Shown piece by piece: positions 60,650 to 64,000 of a stretch of DNA of 64,000 nt. The notes under the pieces were generated by a model. That model saw only the letters and a list, made by a program, of their open reading frames with translations. It ran no database searches and was not told the DNA's origin. The stretch is from an uncultured Chloroflexia bacterium (GTDB lineage: Bacteria; Chloroflexota; Anaerolineae; CG2-30-64-16), in contig CAWEMM010000012.1 in assembly GCA_963810095.1 (NCBI GenBank), positions 512,001 to 576,000 on the forward strand, in the 5' to 3' direction. Position 1 is the stretch's first letter; each line of letters begins with the position of its first letter. The position numbers and the translations under genes were made by a program.

Positions 60650-62512
60650 ATGAAGTCGAGCAAAGTCGTGACCCTCGTCCTGTCCATCGTGTTGCTGCTC
60701 ACGCTGCTGCCCAGCATGGTCGGGGCGCAAGGGGCGGACCCCCTGGCCCTACCGGCTGCGCCTGCGGGAACGCTGGCCGTGACCGTTGACGGCACCCCCC
60801 TGACCCTGACGTACTATCGGGTGATCTACGTGGCGAACCCCGTCCCCGTGAAGAACCCCCAAGGCGGAGCCGTCACGTACGATTACGAGACGATGAACAT
60901 CTACATCCCGTCGAACGCCACCGCCGATTCGCCCGTCATCCTGCAGATTAGCAACAGCGGTTGGATGCCCAGCAAAGTGCCGGCCGTGATCGCGAACGGT
61001 GCGAGCTACGCCAGCGCCGCCAACCAGACCGGCGCGGCGTTCAAGGCCGGGTATGTGATCGCGGCCGCCGGCACCCGCAGCCGCAGCTTGCAAGACATGG
61101 ACGGCGCATATGTCGGGCATGCGCCCGCCGTGGTCGTGGACACCAAGGCGGCGATCCGCTACCTCCGACACAACGATCCCGCCATGCTCGGCACCACCGA
61201 GCGCCTCTTCATCACCGGGACGAGCGGCGGCGGCGGCCTCTCCGTGGCCATCTCGGCCAGCGGCAACAGCCCGGCCTACTTCCCCTACCTGAACGCGATC
61301 GGGGCGGCCGGCGTCGGCTATGACGCAGCGAGCGGCAAATACGCCTCCACACTCCGCGACGACGTGTTCGGGACCGTGGCCTACTGCCCGATCACGGACC
61401 TGAACAACGCGGACGCGGCCTATGAGTGGACCTACAACAACACCCGGAAGGAGCTCGGCATCTATTCCGAAGATCAGATGGCGGCCTCCGAGTGGCTGAT
61501 GGACGATTACGTCCCCTACTTCAACAAGCTGGGCTTGCGGGATCAGAACCGTAAGCGGCTGGTGGCCGATAATCTGGACGAGGCCATCACGAAGATCGTC
61601 GAGAAGGAGATTGAGGAAGCGTACGTCGAAGTGGGTCCGACCCAGATGGCCGCCGACATCAATGCCCTGGCCTACAAGGACAACAGCTGGTACTCGGTCG
61701 ACGCGAACGGCAAGGCGACCCTGGACTATGACAAGTACCTGTACTTCGTCGTCCAGAACAAGGCCCTCAAGACGCCGCCGGCGTTCGACAACTACAAGTC
61801 GGTGCTGCAGGGCCAGATGAACGAGTCGAACCTGGCCGGCACCTCGACGCAGGAATACAGCCCCTTCTCCGAGTGGGCGTGGGAGCATAACGGCGCGGCC
61901 GGCGATGGCGTGGGCTCGGACGACGTGGGTCTGCCCTGGGACGCCTACGTCCAAACGGACGCGGGCAAGGCGGTGGTGCAGCAGATGGACATGGTCGACC
62001 CCATGCCGTACGTGCTCAATGCCAAGAACGGCGACAGTGCGCCGTACTGGTATTACCGGCATGGCATGATCGACCGCGACACGTCCTTTGCAGTCGAAGT
62101 CGGTCTCTACTACGCGATCCTGACCTCGCGCAGCGTCCAAAACGTGAATTTCGAGCTGGCGTGGCTCAAGCCGCATTCGGGCAACTACGACGTGCCGGAG
62201 GCCTACGAATGGGTGGCCGAAGCTGTCGAGAATGCGAACACCTTCGACGCGGTCGACGCACTGATCGGCGATACGGTGACCGAGGGCTTCAGCCTCCCCA
62301 CCGGACCCGGCATCACTTACACCAGCAGCAATCCGAGCGTCTTCAACGTCGTGGACGGCCAGGCCAGCGTGAACCGGCCCAACAAAAAAGATGCCACCGT
62401 GGTGTTGGCAGTCCGTGTCGTTAGCGACGGCGTCGCCGGCAACGGCTACAACTACGGCCGGGTCGACGTGACCCGCACCTTCACGTTCGTCGTGCCGGCC
62501 GCGGGCAAGTAG
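60650..62512 (+). CDS. Secreted subtype-B tannase (tannin acyl hydrolase) with C-terminal Ig-like domain
   Basis: Signal peptide; YVANP, MNIYIP, AGTRSR, VVDTKAAIRYLR, GTSGGG, YCPITDLNNADAAYEW, YRHGMIDRDTS, NFELAWLKPHSGNYD, all matching lactobacillus-type tannase motifs. Confidence 0.85.
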   Translation: MKSSKVVTLVLSIVLLLTLLPSMVGAQGADPLALPAAPAGTLAVTVDGTPLTLTYYRVIYVANPVPVKNPQGGAVTYDYETMNIYIPSNATADSPVILQISNSGWMPSKVPAVIANGASYASAANQTGAAFKAGYVIAAAGTRSRSLQDMDGAYVGHAPAVVVDTKAAIRYLRHNDPAMLGTTERLFITGTSGGGGLSVAISASGNSPAYFPYLNAIGAAGVGYDAASGKYASTLRDDVFGTVAYCPITDLNNADAAYEWTYNNTRKELGIYSEDQMAASEWLMDDYVPYFNKLGLRDQNRKRLVADNLDEAITKIVEKEIEEAYVEVGPTQMAADINALAYKDNSWYSVDANGKATLDYDKYLYFVVQNKALKTPPAFDNYKSVLQGQMNESNLAGTSTQEYSPFSEWAWEHNGAAGDGVGSDDVGLPWDAYVQTDAGKAVVQQMDMVDPMPYVLNAKNGDSAPYWYYRHGMIDRDTSFAVEVGLYYAILTSRSVQNVNFELAWLKPHSGNYDVPEAYEWVAEAVENANTFDAVDALIGDTVTEGFSLPTGPGITYTSSNPSVFNVVDGQASVNRPNKKDATVVLAVRVVSDGVAGNGYNYGRVDVTRTFTFVVPAAGK

Positions 62513-62543
62513 CAAGCCGGCCCTGATTTTCCAGACACGGGAT

Positions 62544-62578
62544 GCAGCCTTCGGGCGGTCCGTCGGCCCGAGGGCTGC
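62544..62578 (+). terminator. Hairpin downstream of the tannase gene
   Basis: GCAGCCTTCGGGC ... GCCCGAGGGCTGC; no U-tract. Confidence 0.55.
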
Positions 62579-62595
62579 GCCTCGCTCCATGCTTA

Positions 62596-62682
62596 GAATC
62601 TATCCGAACATGCTCTGCCGCTGTCCGACGGAGCCAGACGGGCACGGTCAGAGACCGGCCCGGCCAATTCTCGGCTAGATAC
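62596..62682. mobile_element. Candidate 87-bp MITE
   Basis: Imperfect TIRs GAATCTATCCGA / TCGGCTAGATAC (10 of 12 match) flanked on both sides by TTA. Confidence 0.45.
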
Positions 62683-62701
62683 TTACGCTAAAACCTGCCA
62701 C

Positions 62702-62773
62702 TTGACACGGGATGCACAATGTGATAATGTGCCTCCGTATCACATAACAAAACTTTGTCTCATATAATAAGAC
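62702..62773 (+). promoter_or_regulatory. Promoter of the nitroreductase operon with tandem boxes
   Basis: TTGACA (62702-62707), 17 nt, TGa-TAATGT (62725-62730); boxes GTATCACATAACAAAAC (62737-62753) and GTCTCATATAATAAGAC (62757-62773). Confidence 0.82.
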
Positions 62774-62835
62774 AAGCGACCTCGACGGGCATGCCACGCT
62801 CGCCCCGTTCTGCGATCTCAACAAGGAGGTAAGGG

Positions 62836-63519
62836 ATGCCAGAAACGTATTCGCTTGAGGACGCCGCCATGAAGGTCATTCTGGACCGCCGCAGCGTCCG
62901 CGAGTTCACCTCAGAGCCTGTATCAGACGAGGACCTGGACAAGATCCTGGAGGCCGGGCGACAGGCTCCGTCGGGCGAGAACGCGCAGCCGTGGCGGTTC
63001 ATCGTGGTGAAGAGCGAAGCGACCCGCAAGGCCCTGGCGGCGTTGTCGGGCGGCGGCAGCGGCCGGCGGTTCACGGCCGAGTTCGTTACCAAGCAAATGC
63101 AGGAACGTTTCGCCAACCTGCAGGACGAGGCGAAGAAGCGTGCCGCCTTCGAAAAGCTCACTTCGGGCCAAGTCTCCGCCTTTGTCGGCGACGCCCCGGT
63201 CATCCTGGTCGTCGTGGGCAAGAAGGACGTCTGGGACCTGCCCTACGACACCTCTGCCGCCATCGAAAACATGCTGTTGATGATCACCGCGCTCGGCTTG
63301 GGCGCCTGCTGGGTGATCGCCCCCTGTATCGACATCCGCGACGAATTGCAGATCAAGGAGATGCTCGCGATCCCGGAGGGCTTCAAGGCCATTAGCCTGA
63401 TTTCGGTGGGCCATCCCTCTCGCCCGCATCGTCCGCGGCCCCGCCTCCCCATCACACAGATCGTTTACGCCGAAGCCTGGGGCGCGCCCTACTACAAACC
63501 GGCGGAGGAAAAAGCATGA
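62836..63519 (+). CDS. Nitroreductase-family flavoprotein
   Basis: AAGGAGG RBS; RRSVREF, APSGENAQPWRFIVV, DTSAAIENMLL..LGLGACW. Confidence 0.93.
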   Translation: MPETYSLEDAAMKVILDRRSVREFTSEPVSDEDLDKILEAGRQAPSGENAQPWRFIVVKSEATRKALAALSGGGSGRRFTAEFVTKQMQERFANLQDEAKKRAAFEKLTSGQVSAFVGDAPVILVVVGKKDVWDLPYDTSAAIENMLLMITALGLGACWVIAPCIDIRDELQIKEMLAIPEGFKAISLISVGHPSRPHRPRPRLPITQIVYAEAWGAPYYKPAEEKA

Positions 63520-63992
63520 CCGGCCCAAGCATTTCCCTCGCTTATGCCAACAGCCTCATTTTCGAGCTGGAGAAAGCCTTCTACGACGAGCGCGGCAAGG
63601 GCGCGCGCTTCCGCACGACGACCGTCGGCCGGCAGTATTTCGAGGAGCGCTGCCAGCACTGCCTCCAGTCGGACGACGTCGCCGAGATCACGCACGACAT
63701 CGAAGCGGTGCTCGCCGAGGACGGGCTGGTCGAAGCGGTCGCTCTCAAGCAGGAAGAGCGGCTGCTGCGGCTCCATGTCGCGGGTTGCGTGCACCGGCCG
63801 GTCGAGGAACACATGCTGGCGTGCGGCGTCCAGCCGTTCACGTGCATGCCGGGCAATCTCCTCGTGCTCGCACTTGAGGCGAAGCTCAACCGGCCGGTCG
63901 AACTTGCCGAGATCAAGCTGGACGAAGGCGGCCCTGCAGGGGGCTGCGATCTCCTGCTTGTCCTGTTCGAGAAGCGCCCGGTCTTGGGGTAG
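63516..63992 (+). CDS. Hypothetical Cys-containing protein (possibly V4R-like)
   Basis: Coupled to the nitroreductase by an ATGA overlap; GCVH, TCMP and a C-terminal C spaced like V4R ligands (weak). Confidence 0.65.
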   Translation: MTGPSISLAYANSLIFELEKAFYDERGKGARFRTTTVGRQYFEERCQHCLQSDDVAEITHDIEAVLAEDGLVEAVALKQEERLLRLHVAGCVHRPVEEHMLACGVQPFTCMPGNLLVLALEAKLNRPVELAEIKLDEGGPAGGCDLLLVLFEKRPVLG

Positions 63993-64000
63993 GAGGCGCG

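Noticed and set aside
60749-62590. 613-aa antisense ORF, and many other long antisense or alternate-frame ORFs (e.g. 1556-2596, 33079-34026, 46095-47318)
   Set aside because: Shadow ORFs expected opposite real genes in high-GC DNA; no RBS or family motifs.

Overview
GC-rich bacterial window, most likely Chloroflexota (Anaerolineae/Caldilineae-like). That assignment is an inference from the repeat families, the Pro/Ala/Thr-linker lipoproteins and an 'LFLPAV' motif. About 20 otherwise intact genes carry single-base frameshifts, which points to long-read assembly indels rather than true decay. Contents, left to right: (1) a Tat-exported family-5 ABC binding protein with a divergent GntR; (2) a beta-mannoside phosphorolysis operon (two GH130, AGE-family epimerase, ManA, CE7 esterase); (3) a ~17 kb, 15-gene glycan locus (DPM1-like GT2, other GT2/GT4, a GT-C-like polytopic protein, DUF1616-like protein, kinase, deacetylase, methyltransferase, flippase) with a convergent secreted GH26; (4) a methylcrotonyl-CoA-carboxylase-like operon with MaoC and CitE genes; (5) miscellaneous redox and housekeeping genes; (6) from ~44 kb to the end, a ~20 kb IclR-associated regulon, the strongest candidate for an undescribed system. 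Five of its promoters (TTGACA-N17-extended -10) each carry a pair of 17-bp palindromic boxes spaced exactly 20 bp apart. The regulon links a secreted subtype-B tannase, two sugar-type ABC importers, an esterase, GalB/GalC, a VOC extradiol dioxygenase and a CHMI tautomerase (apparently replacing GalA and GalD). It also includes an Ldh2-cupin-U32-like-IolN-ThiS operon and a nitroreductase operon. Several REP-like palindrome families and a candidate MITE are present. No rRNA, tRNA, CRISPR array or transposase was recognised.
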